64,000 nucleotides of DNA from Candidatus Buchananbacteria bacterium RIFCSPLOWO2_01_FULL_39_33 (GTDB lineage Bacteria; Patescibacteriota; Patescibacteriia; 2-01-FULL-39-33). Where the stretch lies: positions 51,005 to 115,004 of the forward strand of contig MHIM01000034.1 of assembly GCA_001817505.1 (NCBI GenBank). Direction: 5' to 3'. Positions 19,305 through 28,388 of this stretch are shown here, piece by piece. Position 1 is the first letter of the stretch, and every line of letters begins with the position of its first letter. Both the position numbers and the translations under genes were made by a program. A model generated the notes under the pieces. That model was given only the letters and a program-made list of their open reading frames with translations. It did not search any database and was not told the origin of the DNA.

Positions 19305-20897
19305 ATGGCTGTTACTAATACAATTAGACCTAAGCCCATAGTTTTAGTCATTTTAGACGGCTGGGGAGTTGCTCCAGCTTCTGCCAGCAATGCCATTACC
19401 CTAGCCAAGATGCCAACCTATAATGCTTTGGTAAAAAATTATCCAGCCATGACTTTGCAGGCCTCGGGTGAATCCGTCGGTTTATCTTGGGGTGAAATCG
19501 GCAATTCAGAAGTCGGCCACTTAAATATCGGCTCCGGCAAACTTATTTATCAAAATCTGCCTAAAATAGATAAAGACATCACCACTGGGTCGTTTTTTTC
19601 CAATGAGAAATTATTGACTGCCATCAATACCGCCAAAAGAAAAAAGAAATCGTTGCATTTAATGGGTTTATTGACCACTGGCGGCGTTCACGCCTCTTTA
19701 AATCATCTTTACGCCTTACTGGAACTCTGCCATAAAGAAAAATTCAAAAATGTTTTTATCCATGCTTTTTTAGACGGCCGTGATATGCCTTATAACTCCG
19801 GCCTGGATTTGATTGCTAAGGTGCAAGAAAAAATTAAAGAAGTTAAAATCGGACAAATTGCCAGTATTAACGGCCGTTTTTATGCTATGGATCGCGATAA
19901 TCACTGGGAAAGGATAGCTCTGGCTTATCAAGCCATTGCCAATGGCCAGTCGGCTGATAGATTTAATGATCCTCTAAAAGCGGTTTCAGTTTCCTATGAT
20001 AAAAAAATTTATGATGAAGAATTGGCGCCGGTCGTTATCATTAATAAAGATGGTCCACTGGCTACTGTAAGTGAAGGTGATAGCTTAATATTTTTTAATT
20101 TCCGTTCCGACCGAGCCAGACAATTGACCAAGGCCTTTGTTTTGCCGGGCTTTGAAAAATTTGAAAGAAAATATCTGCCAGATCTGTATTTTGTCACTAT
20201 GACCGAATATGAAAAAGATTTGCCGGTGGAAATAGCTTTTCCTCTTGATGTCATCAACCAGCCATTGGCTAAAGTAATCTCTGAAGCCGGCTTAAAACAA
20301 CTGCATATTGCTGAAACCGAAAAGTATGCCCATGTGACTTTCTTTTTAAACGGCGGCCAAGAAGAGACATTTGCCGGTGAGGACCGATTGCTTATTCCCT
20401 CGCCTCGTGTTGCTACTTATGACAAAAAACCGGAGATGTCAGCCAAAGAAATCACCAAAAAATTGATGGAAGTGATAATTAAAAATGAATATGATTTTAT
20501 AGTTGTCAATTATGCTAATAGTGACATGGTGGCCCATACTGGCAATCTTAAGGCCTCCATCAGGGCTTGTGAAGCCATTGACAGTTCCCTTAAACAGTTG
20601 ATAGAAATTATTTTGGCCAAAAACGGCTTAGCTTTTATCACTTCTGATCATGGTAATGCTGAAGAACTGCTGAATCTGCAGTCAGGCAAGATAGACAAGG
20701 AACATAGCACTTATCCAGTTCCGTTTATTATTGTCGGCCGGGACTGGGCAGGCAAAACTGCCGGTCTGCCGGAAGGTCCCAACTCTGATTTGAGTTTAGT
20801 CCAGCCCTCTGGCCTTCTCTCTGATATTGCGCCGACGATACTCAAAATCATGAGTATTGAAAAGCCCCAGGAGATGACTGGCCAGAGCTTGATCTAA
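19305..20897 (+). CDS. gpmI: 2,3-bisphosphoglycerate-independent phosphoglycerate mutase, copy 2
   Basis: ILDGWG, GNSEVGH, GGVH, GRFYAMDRD, AETEKYAHVT, TSDHGNAE. Confidence 0.95.
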   Translation: MAVTNTIRPKPIVLVILDGWGVAPASASNAITLAKMPTYNALVKNYPAMTLQASGESVGLSWGEIGNSEVGHLNIGSGKLIYQNLPKIDKDITTGSFFSNEKLLTAINTAKRKKKSLHLMGLLTTGGVHASLNHLYALLELCHKEKFKNVFIHAFLDGRDMPYNSGLDLIAKVQEKIKEVKIGQIASINGRFYAMDRDNHWERIALAYQAIANGQSADRFNDPLKAVSVSYDKKIYDEELAPVVIINKDGPLATVSEGDSLIFFNFRSDRARQLTKAFVLPGFEKFERKYLPDLYFVTMTEYEKDLPVEIAFPLDVINQPLAKVISEAGLKQLHIAETEKYAHVTFFLNGGQEETFAGEDRLLIPSPRVATYDKKPEMSAKEITKKLMEVIIKNEYDFIVVNYANSDMVAHTGNLKASIRACEAIDSSLKQLIEIILAKNGLAFITSDHGNAEELLNLQSGKIDKEHSTYPVPFIIVGRDWAGKTAGLPEGPNSDLSLVQPSGLLSDIAPTILKIMSIEKPQEMTGQSLI

Positions 20898-20997
20898 ATC
20901 ACCAAAACACTAAACCACAAAAGCACAACTTATTTCTTTGTGTTTTTATTTTTAATCTTGATTTTTACTTCTAAAAATGCTAATTTAACTTGGTCTT

Positions 20998-22488
20998 ATG
21001 CCAGAAAAAACTCTTAAGAAAATAACCGAAGTTTTTCCAGCTGCCCTGGTTTGGCTGACTTTTATAGTTATTATAACCCTATCTTTTGCCCGCCCCCTTT
21101 GGGCGATTTATTTTATTTTGGTTTTCGTGGTTTATTGGATAGTCCGTCTTTTTTATATGATGGTCTGGCTGGTGATTTCTTGGGTGAGATATCTTAGAGA
21201 CATCAAAATTGATTGGTTGGAAAAAATTAAAATTTTGCCTAAAGATTATCGGGAGTATTACCAGGTGATTGAATATCCCACTTGCGGCGAACCGTATGAA
21301 GTGGTAGCCAGATCTTTTGAGGCCTTGCTGAAAACCAATTATCCTAAAGATCAAATGATTGTGGTTTTAGGCGGTGAGGAGAGGAAGGGTGAACAATTTT
21401 TGAAAGTGGCTAAAGAGATTAAGGAAAAATTTGGCAGCCAATTTTTTAAATTGCTTATTACTGTCCATGAATTGCAGCCCGATGAATTGCCCGGCAAAGG
21501 AGCTAATGTCCATTATATGGAATGGGAAATTAAAAAACTGATTGATGAACTTAACCTTCCTTATGAAAAAGTAATTGTCTCTTCTTTTGACATAGAAACC
21601 CTGCCCCACCGCCAGTATTTCTCTTACTTGGCTTATAAATATTTGACTCACCCCAATCCCACCCATGCCAGCTATCAGCCGCTTATTTTATATAACAATA
21701 ATATTTGGGAGTCCAATCCGATAATTCGCGTGGTCGCTTCGGCTACCACCTTCTGGCTTTTAACTGATCTTTCCCGACCGGAAAAATTGTTGACTTTTTC
21801 TTCCCATAGCATGAGCTTCAAAATGCTTTTTGATGTCGGTTTTCATGACAAGACCATTGTGACTGAAGACTCGCGTATTTGTCTACAAGGCCTGGTGCAG
21901 TACGACGGTAAGTATGAAGTTGTGCCGATGTTTGTCACTCTTTCAATGGATACCGTTTACATCGGTAAATTCTGGCAGAGCTTGAAGAACCAATACAAGC
22001 AGATGAGGCGCTGGGCCTGGGGGGTAGAACATTTTCCTTGGATGTGGCAGAATTTTTTTAGCCAAAAGGCCAATAAAAATATTCCTCTTAAGAAAAGAAT
22101 TCAATATCTTTGGAATCAAACCGAGGGCATGTATTCTTGGGCCGTAGCCCCTCTTTTAATTTTAGTCATTGGCCGTTTGCCGCTTTTTTTGGCCTCTGAC
22201 GAAGATAAGGCGACGGCTTTTTTCCAGAACGCTCCTCGTATGTTGGAAAATTTAATGGTTATCGGTATGGTTGGTTTAATTACCAATTCGGTGATGTATA
22301 CGCTGATGTTGCCGAATAGACCTCAAGGTTATTCCTGGCTTAATTATATTATTATGCTGGCGCAATGGGTGGTTTTTCCCGTGACTATGATAATCTTCGG
22401 TTCCATTCCGGCTCTTGACGCTCAAACCCGGCTAATGATCGGCGGCCGCTATAAACTGGGTTTTTGGGTGACGGAAAAGAAAACCTGA
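20998..22488 (+). CDS. Multi-TM GT2-family (processive-type) glycosyltransferase
   Basis: TM helices at both ends; TED and QMRRWAWG (QxxRW) motifs. Confidence 0.85.
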   Translation: MPEKTLKKITEVFPAALVWLTFIVIITLSFARPLWAIYFILVFVVYWIVRLFYMMVWLVISWVRYLRDIKIDWLEKIKILPKDYREYYQVIEYPTCGEPYEVVARSFEALLKTNYPKDQMIVVLGGEERKGEQFLKVAKEIKEKFGSQFFKLLITVHELQPDELPGKGANVHYMEWEIKKLIDELNLPYEKVIVSSFDIETLPHRQYFSYLAYKYLTHPNPTHASYQPLILYNNNIWESNPIIRVVASATTFWLLTDLSRPEKLLTFSSHSMSFKMLFDVGFHDKTIVTEDSRICLQGLVQYDGKYEVVPMFVTLSMDTVYIGKFWQSLKNQYKQMRRWAWGVEHFPWMWQNFFSQKANKNIPLKKRIQYLWNQTEGMYSWAVAPLLILVIGRLPLFLASDEDKATAFFQNAPRMLENLMVIGMVGLITNSVMYTLMLPNRPQGYSWLNYIIMLAQWVVFPVTMIIFGSIPALDAQTRLMIGGRYKLGFWVTEKKT

Positions 22489-22490
22489 TT

Positions 22491-22515
22491 TAATTTAAAA
22501 ATTTCTAATTTCTAA
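22491..22515. repeat. Left 25-bp inverted repeat flanking the four-helix-bundle gene
   Basis: TAATTTAAAAATTTCTAATTTCTAA is the exact reverse complement of 22905-22929. Confidence 0.85.
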
Positions 22516-22542
22516 TTTAAAAAACAATTTTAAAATTTAAAA

Positions 22543-22881
22543 ATGGTTTATGATTTAGAAAGCAGAACTAAGATATTTAGTAAGCATATGATGAATTTCT
22601 TGTCAGAAATCAGAATAAGAGAAATCAATAGAAATATAATATCTCAATTAATCAAATCAACTACTAGTATCGGGGCTGATTACTGCGAAGCTAATAATGC
22701 TAGTTTTAGGAAAGATTTTAGAAATAAAATATTTATTTGTAAAAAAGAGTCGCAAGAAACTAAATATTGTCTTGAATTATTAGCTGAAATTAATAAAGAA
22801 AAAATTATTCAATTAAGATTATTTTGGCAGGAAGCCCATGAACTACTATTAATATTTAGCAAGATAATTTCCAGTTTATAG
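22543..22881 (+). CDS. Four-helix-bundle protein (TIGR02436 / 23S rRNA IVP-like; Avd-related fold)
   Basis: YDLESRT..F, QLIKSTTSIGADYCEAN, DFRNKIFICKKESQETKYCL, EAHELLLIF. Confidence 0.88.
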   Translation: MVYDLESRTKIFSKHMMNFLSEIRIREINRNIISQLIKSTTSIGADYCEANNASFRKDFRNKIFICKKESQETKYCLELLAEINKEKIIQLRLFWQEAHELLLIFSKIISSL

Positions 22882-22904
22882 TATTTATTAAATTAAATAA
22901 TTGT

Positions 22905-22929
22905 TTAGAAATTAGAAATTTTTAAATTA
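22905..22929. repeat. Right 25-bp inverted repeat flanking the four-helix-bundle gene
   Basis: TTAGAAATTAGAAATTTTTAAATTA. Confidence 0.85.
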
Positions 22930-22936
22930 GAAATTA

Positions 22937-23980
22937 ATGGACATGTCTTTACCTAAAGTTACAATTCAAATAGTCACTTGGAACAGCTTGAAATATCTGC
23001 CTTTCACTTTAAAGTCAATTTTTTCCCAAACTTATCGTGATTTCCAGGTTTTAGTCATTGATAACAATTCTCAAGATGGCACGATTGATTTTCTTAGGCA
23101 GGATTACCCCGAAGTCGCTGTTTTTCAAAATAAGAAGAATTTGGGCTTTGCCCGAGCCAATAACCAGGGCATCAGGTTGCTTCATTCTCCTTATATTCTT
23201 TTTTGCAACCCTGACATTATTTTAGAAGCCAATTGGCTGGCGGAAGTTATGCCAAAAGCCGAAGACGAGGCAAACTCCCAAGTGGGCAGTTATGGGGGTA
23301 AATTATTGAAATTAAAGCCAATTGACGGTGAAATCGGCCCTGACAGCCAGACCACTATTATTGATTCTGGCGGCCTGCAAATTTTGAAAAATCGGAAAAT
23401 AGTGGAAATCGGAGCGGGGGAAGACAGTTCTAAATTCAACCGAGATTTAGAGGTCTTTGGCCATTCCGGCGCCCTGGTTTTATACCAAAGAGCAACGCTG
23501 GAAGATTGCCTGGTCAAAACTAAATACCAAAGCCAAGGAGAATATTTTGACGAAGATTTTTTTGCCTATAAAGAAGATATTGATTTGGCTTGGCGCAGCC
23601 GGCTTTTGGGCTGGCAGTCGATTTTTATAAGTCAAGCAGTGGCTTATCATATCCGTTCTTTAGCCGGTTCCCAGAGTCAAGGCCTAGCTGAAATGATTAG
23701 CCATCGGAAAAAACAATCTTCTTTAGCCAGGTATTATTCTTACCGCAACCATTTTTTATTGTTGATTAAAAATGAATTCAGTCAGAATTTTATTAGGGAT
23801 TTTTGGCTAATCAAATGGTTTGAAGCCAAAAAAGCCGGCTATATGCTGATTTTTGAAGGCAAAAACATCAAGGCCTGGCTGGCAGTAATAAGAATGTTGC
23901 CGCTTATGCTAGCCAAAAGAAAGGCAATCTTCAAAAAAGTTCGCATTAAATCATCAGATATAGCGCGCTGGATAAAATAG
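22937..23980 (+). CDS. GT2-family glycosyltransferase
   Basis: IVTWNS, VIDNNSQDGT, NLGFARANNQG, NPD, FFAYKEDIDL. Confidence 0.9.
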   Translation: MDMSLPKVTIQIVTWNSLKYLPFTLKSIFSQTYRDFQVLVIDNNSQDGTIDFLRQDYPEVAVFQNKKNLGFARANNQGIRLLHSPYILFCNPDIILEANWLAEVMPKAEDEANSQVGSYGGKLLKLKPIDGEIGPDSQTTIIDSGGLQILKNRKIVEIGAGEDSSKFNRDLEVFGHSGALVLYQRATLEDCLVKTKYQSQGEYFDEDFFAYKEDIDLAWRSRLLGWQSIFISQAVAYHIRSLAGSQSQGLAEMISHRKKQSSLARYYSYRNHFLLLIKNEFSQNFIRDFWLIKWFEAKKAGYMLIFEGKNIKAWLAVIRMLPLMLAKRKAIFKKVRIKSSDIARWIK

Positions 23981-24076
23981 TAACTGGTAACTAGTAATTG
24001 GTAACTGGTAATCGGTAATTGGTGATTTGATGAAATTTTTAAAAACCAGTTACCAGTTGCTAATTACCAGTTACCA
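23981..24076. repeat. Heptamer (TAAYTGG)n / (CCAGTTA)n inverted-repeat spacer
   Basis: TAACTGG TAACTAG TAATTGG TAACTGG TAATCGG TAATTGG ... CCAGTTA CCAGTTG CTAATTA CCAGTTA CCA. Confidence 0.8.
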
Positions 24077-24082
24077 AATAAT

Positions 24083-24859
24083 ATGGAAATATCAATCATT
24101 ATCAATAATTACAAAACTAAAGGACTTCTAAAGCAATGCTTAAGGGGCATTTATCTATATCCGCCCAGTGTTGAATATGAAATAATTGTCGTTGACAATA
24201 ATTCCGGTGATGGCTCGGCAGCCATGATTAAAGCCAAATTTCCCCAAGTCAAATTAATTGAGGCCCCTAAAAATCTTGGCCATCATAAAGGCAATAATTT
24301 AGGCCTTAAAAATTCTCAAGGCAAATATGCTTTGATACTCAACACCGATATTGCTCTCTTGGATGACTCCCTGGATAAGATTTACCGTTTTATGGAAGAT
24401 CATAGCCAGGTGGCTCTGGTTGGACCGAAATTAAAAAATCCTGATGGCTCAATACAAATGTCTTGTATGAGGTTTCCTAATAAATTAGTGCCTATTTATC
24501 GCCGCACTTTTTTAGGCAATTTTCCTTTTGCTAAAAAAGAAATAGATTATTACCTGATGAAAGATTTTGACCATTTATCAACTCGGCCGGTGGATTGGAT
24601 ATTGGGGGCTTGCGTAATGGTCAGGCGGTCGGTGATTGATGAAGTGGGACTGATGGATGAGGATTTGTTCCTTTATTTTGGCGACATTGCCTGGTGTCGG
24701 AAGTTTTGGCAGGCGGGCTATAAAGTTTATTATTTTGCGGCTGCCAATATTGTCCATTACCATAAGCGCGAATCAGCGCAAAGCGGCATTTTTTCCTTGG
24801 TTTTCTGGATACATATCATTGATTGGTTGAAATATTTAAAAAAATATTCTCGGCAATGA
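24083..24859 (+). CDS. GT2-family glycosyltransferase (WbbL-like)
   Basis: VVDNNSGDGS, LNTD, VDWILGAC, MDEDLFLYFGD. Confidence 0.9.
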   Translation: MEISIIINNYKTKGLLKQCLRGIYLYPPSVEYEIIVVDNNSGDGSAAMIKAKFPQVKLIEAPKNLGHHKGNNLGLKNSQGKYALILNTDIALLDDSLDKIYRFMEDHSQVALVGPKLKNPDGSIQMSCMRFPNKLVPIYRRTFLGNFPFAKKEIDYYLMKDFDHLSTRPVDWILGACVMVRRSVIDEVGLMDEDLFLYFGDIAWCRKFWQAGYKVYYFAAANIVHYHKRESAQSGIFSLVFWIHIIDWLKYLKKYSRQ

Positions 24860-26796
24860 AAAAAAACGGCAATTCACATTTTTCATCGAATAATTCAGTC
24901 CGCTTCTTATCCTTAAAGGGGTCTATTTTGTTTATTGCCATTTCTTTAACCAGCTTAATCATTGTTTTGGCGCCTTTAGTTTTTCACGGAGTCAAAGCGG
25001 CTAATTATGCCCTGGTCTCTTATCAGCAAGTTAAAAATCTGGTTAGTGATAGCCAGGCTAAAAATTGGTCAGCTGGTGTCAAAACCGCTGCCAATCTTCA
25101 AGTCAACCTAAAAAAGTTGGATTTAGAAATCAGCCGCCTGGGTTTAATCACCAAATTACCTAAATTAAATCAGGCTTTAAAAATCAGCCGGCAATTTTTG
25201 GCAGTCGCCGATTCTTTGACTGGCAGTTATTTGGAGACCTTTAAAATTTTTGCCAAGGTAGAAGAACTTGGCGCTGTTATTGATCCCTTGGATTTATTGG
25301 AGAATAAGGAAGCCCTGAAGTTAATCAGCGCCAATAACGCTGGTTTGACTTTAGCCCAAAACAATGTTGACCAAGCCAAGAAAAGGTTTGCCGAAATTAA
25401 TACTAATGAATTTTCCGGCCTGTTTTCTAAGTATTTATTTTTAGCCCATGCACAACTCGGCCAAATTTTGACTATCACCGATCTGGCTATTCCGGCTTTA
25501 CCCGAATTAGTTGATTTTTTGGGTTTTAACGGTGCTAAGCATTACCTTTTAATTTTTGAAAATAATATGGAACTGCGTCCGACCGGCGGCTTCATCGGCT
25601 CTTATGGAATTATCACTATTGAGAGTGGCGAGGTCAAGAAAATTTTTACCGATGATGTTTATAACTTGGATAAGTTATCAGCAGGCAAAATGAAAGAATT
25701 GGCTCCGCTGCCTATGCAAAAATATAACAATCAAAAATATTGGTATCTGCGCGATGCCAACTGGTCAGCCAATTGGCCCGATTCAGCCAAGAAAATAACG
25801 GAGTTTTTTCATAAAGAGAGAATTAATGCCAATTTATCCGACCAGCCCTTAGACGGTGTTATCGCTATTACTCCTGATTTTATCGCCAATCTTTTAGCAG
25901 TAATTGGCCCGATTAAGAGTCAGGGCTTAACTTTTTCTGCTAAAAATTTTGCCCTGGACTTGGAAAAATTCGTGGAGTTTGATTTCAGCCAATACGGCGT
26001 GGCTTATAGCGAGCGCAAAGAAATTATCGGTGACTTAGCTGACATTTTAATCGCCAGAATGGAAAATATTCCAACCGGTGATTTGGTTAAATTGTGGCTG
26101 GCTGTCAAAAAGAATATTGATCAGAAGCAGATTTTGGTTTATATGTTTGACGACAAATTGCAAAAATATTTTTCTGACCGCCAGTGGTCGGGTGAAGTGA
26201 AAGCGACTGCTGGCGATTATTTGATGATAGTAGACAGCAATCTGGCTTCGCTTAAGACCGATTCGGTAATGGAGAGGTCAATTAAACAGACGCTTAAAAT
26301 AAATAATGCCGGCGATCTTATTGCCCAGTTGGAGATAACTTATCAGCATAACGGCCAATTTTTAACTGACTTGATAACCCGTTATCGCACTTATGCCAAA
26401 GTTTATGTGCCTGAAGGTTCTTGGTTTGAGCGGGGTTGGATTAAAGCTGGCGATAAGGAGACAGCACTTGATATGTCCAAGGATTTGGAATATGGCAATG
26501 AATTCGGCAAGTCCTATGCGGCTTATTTTCTGGTTATTGAGCCGGGCCATTCTAAGACAATTATTCTGGAATATAAATTGCCGGCCACCTTAAAAAATCA
26601 GTCTGAAAAAGGTCAATATAGTTTAACTGTTCAAAAGCAACCAGGCACCAGTGGACATAAGCTGGAAATTGATTTAAACTTCAGTCGTGACATCGCGGCT
26701 TATAAAAGCGATAATTTTCCCAGTCGTTTTGACGGCCAGTCAATCAGCTGGAAAACGGATTTGAGCGTGGATAGGGAATACATTATTAAATTTTAG
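24856..26796 (+). CDS. DUF4012-domain membrane-anchored protein
   Basis: YLLIFENNMELRPTGGFIGSYG, LRDANWS, QKQPG motifs; start at ATG 24856 overlapping the upstream stop. Confidence 0.8.
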   Translation: MKKNGNSHFSSNNSVRFLSLKGSILFIAISLTSLIIVLAPLVFHGVKAANYALVSYQQVKNLVSDSQAKNWSAGVKTAANLQVNLKKLDLEISRLGLITKLPKLNQALKISRQFLAVADSLTGSYLETFKIFAKVEELGAVIDPLDLLENKEALKLISANNAGLTLAQNNVDQAKKRFAEINTNEFSGLFSKYLFLAHAQLGQILTITDLAIPALPELVDFLGFNGAKHYLLIFENNMELRPTGGFIGSYGIITIESGEVKKIFTDDVYNLDKLSAGKMKELAPLPMQKYNNQKYWYLRDANWSANWPDSAKKITEFFHKERINANLSDQPLDGVIAITPDFIANLLAVIGPIKSQGLTFSAKNFALDLEKFVEFDFSQYGVAYSERKEIIGDLADILIARMENIPTGDLVKLWLAVKKNIDQKQILVYMFDDKLQKYFSDRQWSGEVKATAGDYLMIVDSNLASLKTDSVMERSIKQTLKINNAGDLIAQLEITYQHNGQFLTDLITRYRTYAKVYVPEGSWFERGWIKAGDKETALDMSKDLEYGNEFGKSYAAYFLVIEPGHSKTIILEYKLPATLKNQSEKGQYSLTVQKQPGTSGHKLEIDLNFSRDIAAYKSDNFPSRFDGQSISWKTDLSVDREYIIKF

Positions 26797-26920
26797 AATT
26801 TTCAATTTTCAATTTCAAAAACAATTAATTAATTTAAAAATTTAAAATTATTTGAACCCGCCTGCCATGCCTACGGCAGACAAGCCGGCCGGCAGGAATT
26901 AAAATTAGAAATTGAAAATT
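26790..26920. repeat. Gene-less AT-rich heptamer inverted-repeat element interrupted by nested GC-rich palindromes (26858-26896)
   Basis: AATTTTAGAATTTTCAATTTTCAATTTCAAAAACAATT ... AATTAAAATTAGAAATTGAAAATT. Confidence 0.65.
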
Positions 26921-26928
26921 ATTTATTT

Positions 26929-27936
26929 ATGTTTTTAAAAAGGATCGGCATTGACTTGGGCACCACTAATATTTTAGTGCATGTGCCTAAAAAAGGCGTA
27001 GTTATCAATGAGCCATCAGTGGTGGCTATTTCTACTATAGATAAAAAAATCATTGCTGTCGGCGTTGAAGCCAAAGAGATGCTAGGCCGCACGCCCGATA
27101 CCATTATTGCCCAGCGACCGCTCAAAGACGGAGTGATCGCCGATTATAAAACCACCGAGGCCATGTTGCGTTATTTTATTAATAAAGCGCTGGGCGGTGT
27201 GCGACTTTTTCGGCCGGAAGTCATGGTAGCGGTGCCGGCTGGCATTACCTCTACTGAACGGCGAGCGGTGATTGACGCTACTATCGCGGCTGGAGCCAAG
27301 GCCGCTTATATTATCAAAGAGCCGATTGTGGCCGCTATCGGCGCCAATATTCCCATTGGCTCGGCTTCCGGCCATATGATCATTGATGTTGGCGGCGGCA
27401 CTTCGGAAATCGCGGTGATTTCTTTAGGCGGTATTGTGGCTTCCACTTCAGTGAGAATCGGCGGCAATAAGATGGATTTGGCCATTACCGAACATATCAG
27501 GAAAAAATACGGCTTAGCCGTTGGTGAGCGGACGGCTGAACTGATAAAAATAAATATCGGTTCGGCGCTTTATCTGGAGGAAAAGCTTTATTTGGACGTT
27601 AAAGGCCGGGATATGATAACCGGTTTGCCTCGGACCGTTAATGTTTCTTCCGATGATGTGACTGATGCTATCCAAGGCGAATTGGAGGGCATTAGCAACG
27701 CGGTGAAAAATGTCTTGTATAAAACCCCGCCGGAACTCTCGGCTGATGTGATTGATCGAGGCATAGTGATGTCGGGCGGCACCAGCTTATTGAGGAATAT
27801 TGATAAGATGATTACCCAGACCACCGGCGTTTCGGCTTATGTGGCCGATGACGCGCTTTACTGCGTGGCTAAGGGCACAGGCATCGCGCTGGATAATTTG
27901 GAAAGTTATAAACGGTCTATTTTGGCGACTAAGTAA
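26929..27936 (+). CDS. mreB: Rod shape-determining protein MreB (stand-alone paralog)
   Basis: [38 protein letters not shown]. Confidence 0.95.
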   Translation: MFLKRIGIDLGTTNILVHVPKKGVVINEPSVVAISTIDKKIIAVGVEAKEMLGRTPDTIIAQRPLKDGVIADYKTTEAMLRYFINKALGGVRLFRPEVMVAVPAGITSTERRAVIDATIAAGAKAAYIIKEPIVAAIGANIPIGSASGHMIIDVGGGTSEIAVISLGGIVASTSVRIGGNKMDLAITEHIRKKYGLAVGERTAELIKINIGSALYLEEKLYLDVKGRDMITGLPRTVNVSSDDVTDAIQGELEGISNAVKNVLYKTPPELSADVIDRGIVMSGGTSLLRNIDKMITQTTGVSAYVADDALYCVAKGTGIALDNLESYKRSILATK

Positions 27937-27960
27937 ATTTTTTATTGCTTCTTTTTTACT

Positions 27961-28005
27961 GTCATTGCGAGCTGCCTGCCAGTAGGCAGGGTACGAAGCA
28001 ATCCC
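27961..28005. repeat. Partial REP-like element (GTCATTGCGAG...GAAGCAATCC) carrying a CTGCCTGCCAGTAGGCAGG palindrome
   Basis: Ends match 50870-50946; the internal palindrome matches the 418-437 family. Confidence 0.6.
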
Positions 28006-28174
28006 ATATTTATTATCTTTCTGCCACTTTTGGTCTAATGATTTTGAAGGAATTTTTGTTAAAATAATAAATTTTTGTTTAAAATTAGATATTTTTTTGT
28101 CTCTTGACAAAATTTATTATATATGCTAATTATTACCATAATTAGTACATTAAAGTTTATTTATATATAGTAGC

Positions 28175-28388
28175 TAGCCATAGCCAAAAGCCACTTAAAA
28201 CATGTCATTCCCGCGAAAGCGGGAATCTAGAGATAAATAATCTGGATTCCTGATCAATCCTGTCTGTCAGCAGGCAGGTCGGGGATGACAATGCGTGGTT
28301 TTTGGCTGCGACTGCCAAGGTGGCGGTTAGCTCCTCCTCGGATTAGAGGGAAATCCTAAATGGGCAATTTAGCCCAAAGGAGACTGAG
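28175..28388 (+). promoter_or_regulatory. Structured 5' leader of DGR target 1, with a REP-like insertion at 28204-28289
   Basis: TAGCCATAGCCAAAAG stem, GAAATCC and a pre-RBS hairpin are shared with 53851-53969; TTGACA at 28104. Confidence 0.55.
28204..28289. repeat. REP/RPE-like element GTCATTCCCGCGAAAGCGGGAATC...GGATTCCTG...CGGGGATGAC
   Basis: Terminal inverted GTCATTCCCG/CGGGGATGAC, internal hairpin, nested CCTGTCTGTCAGCAGGCAGG at 28259-28278. Confidence 0.7.

Noticed and set aside
22543-22881. Four-helix-bundle gene as the missing Avd of the DGR
   Set aside because: It has TIGR02436-type motifs, lacks the IGxMLGGW ending, lies over 5 kb away, and has its own repeat context. A trans role cannot be excluded but is unsupported.
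23981-24076. Possible CRISPR array
   Set aside because: Units are 7 nt with no unique spacers, and no cas genes are present in the window.
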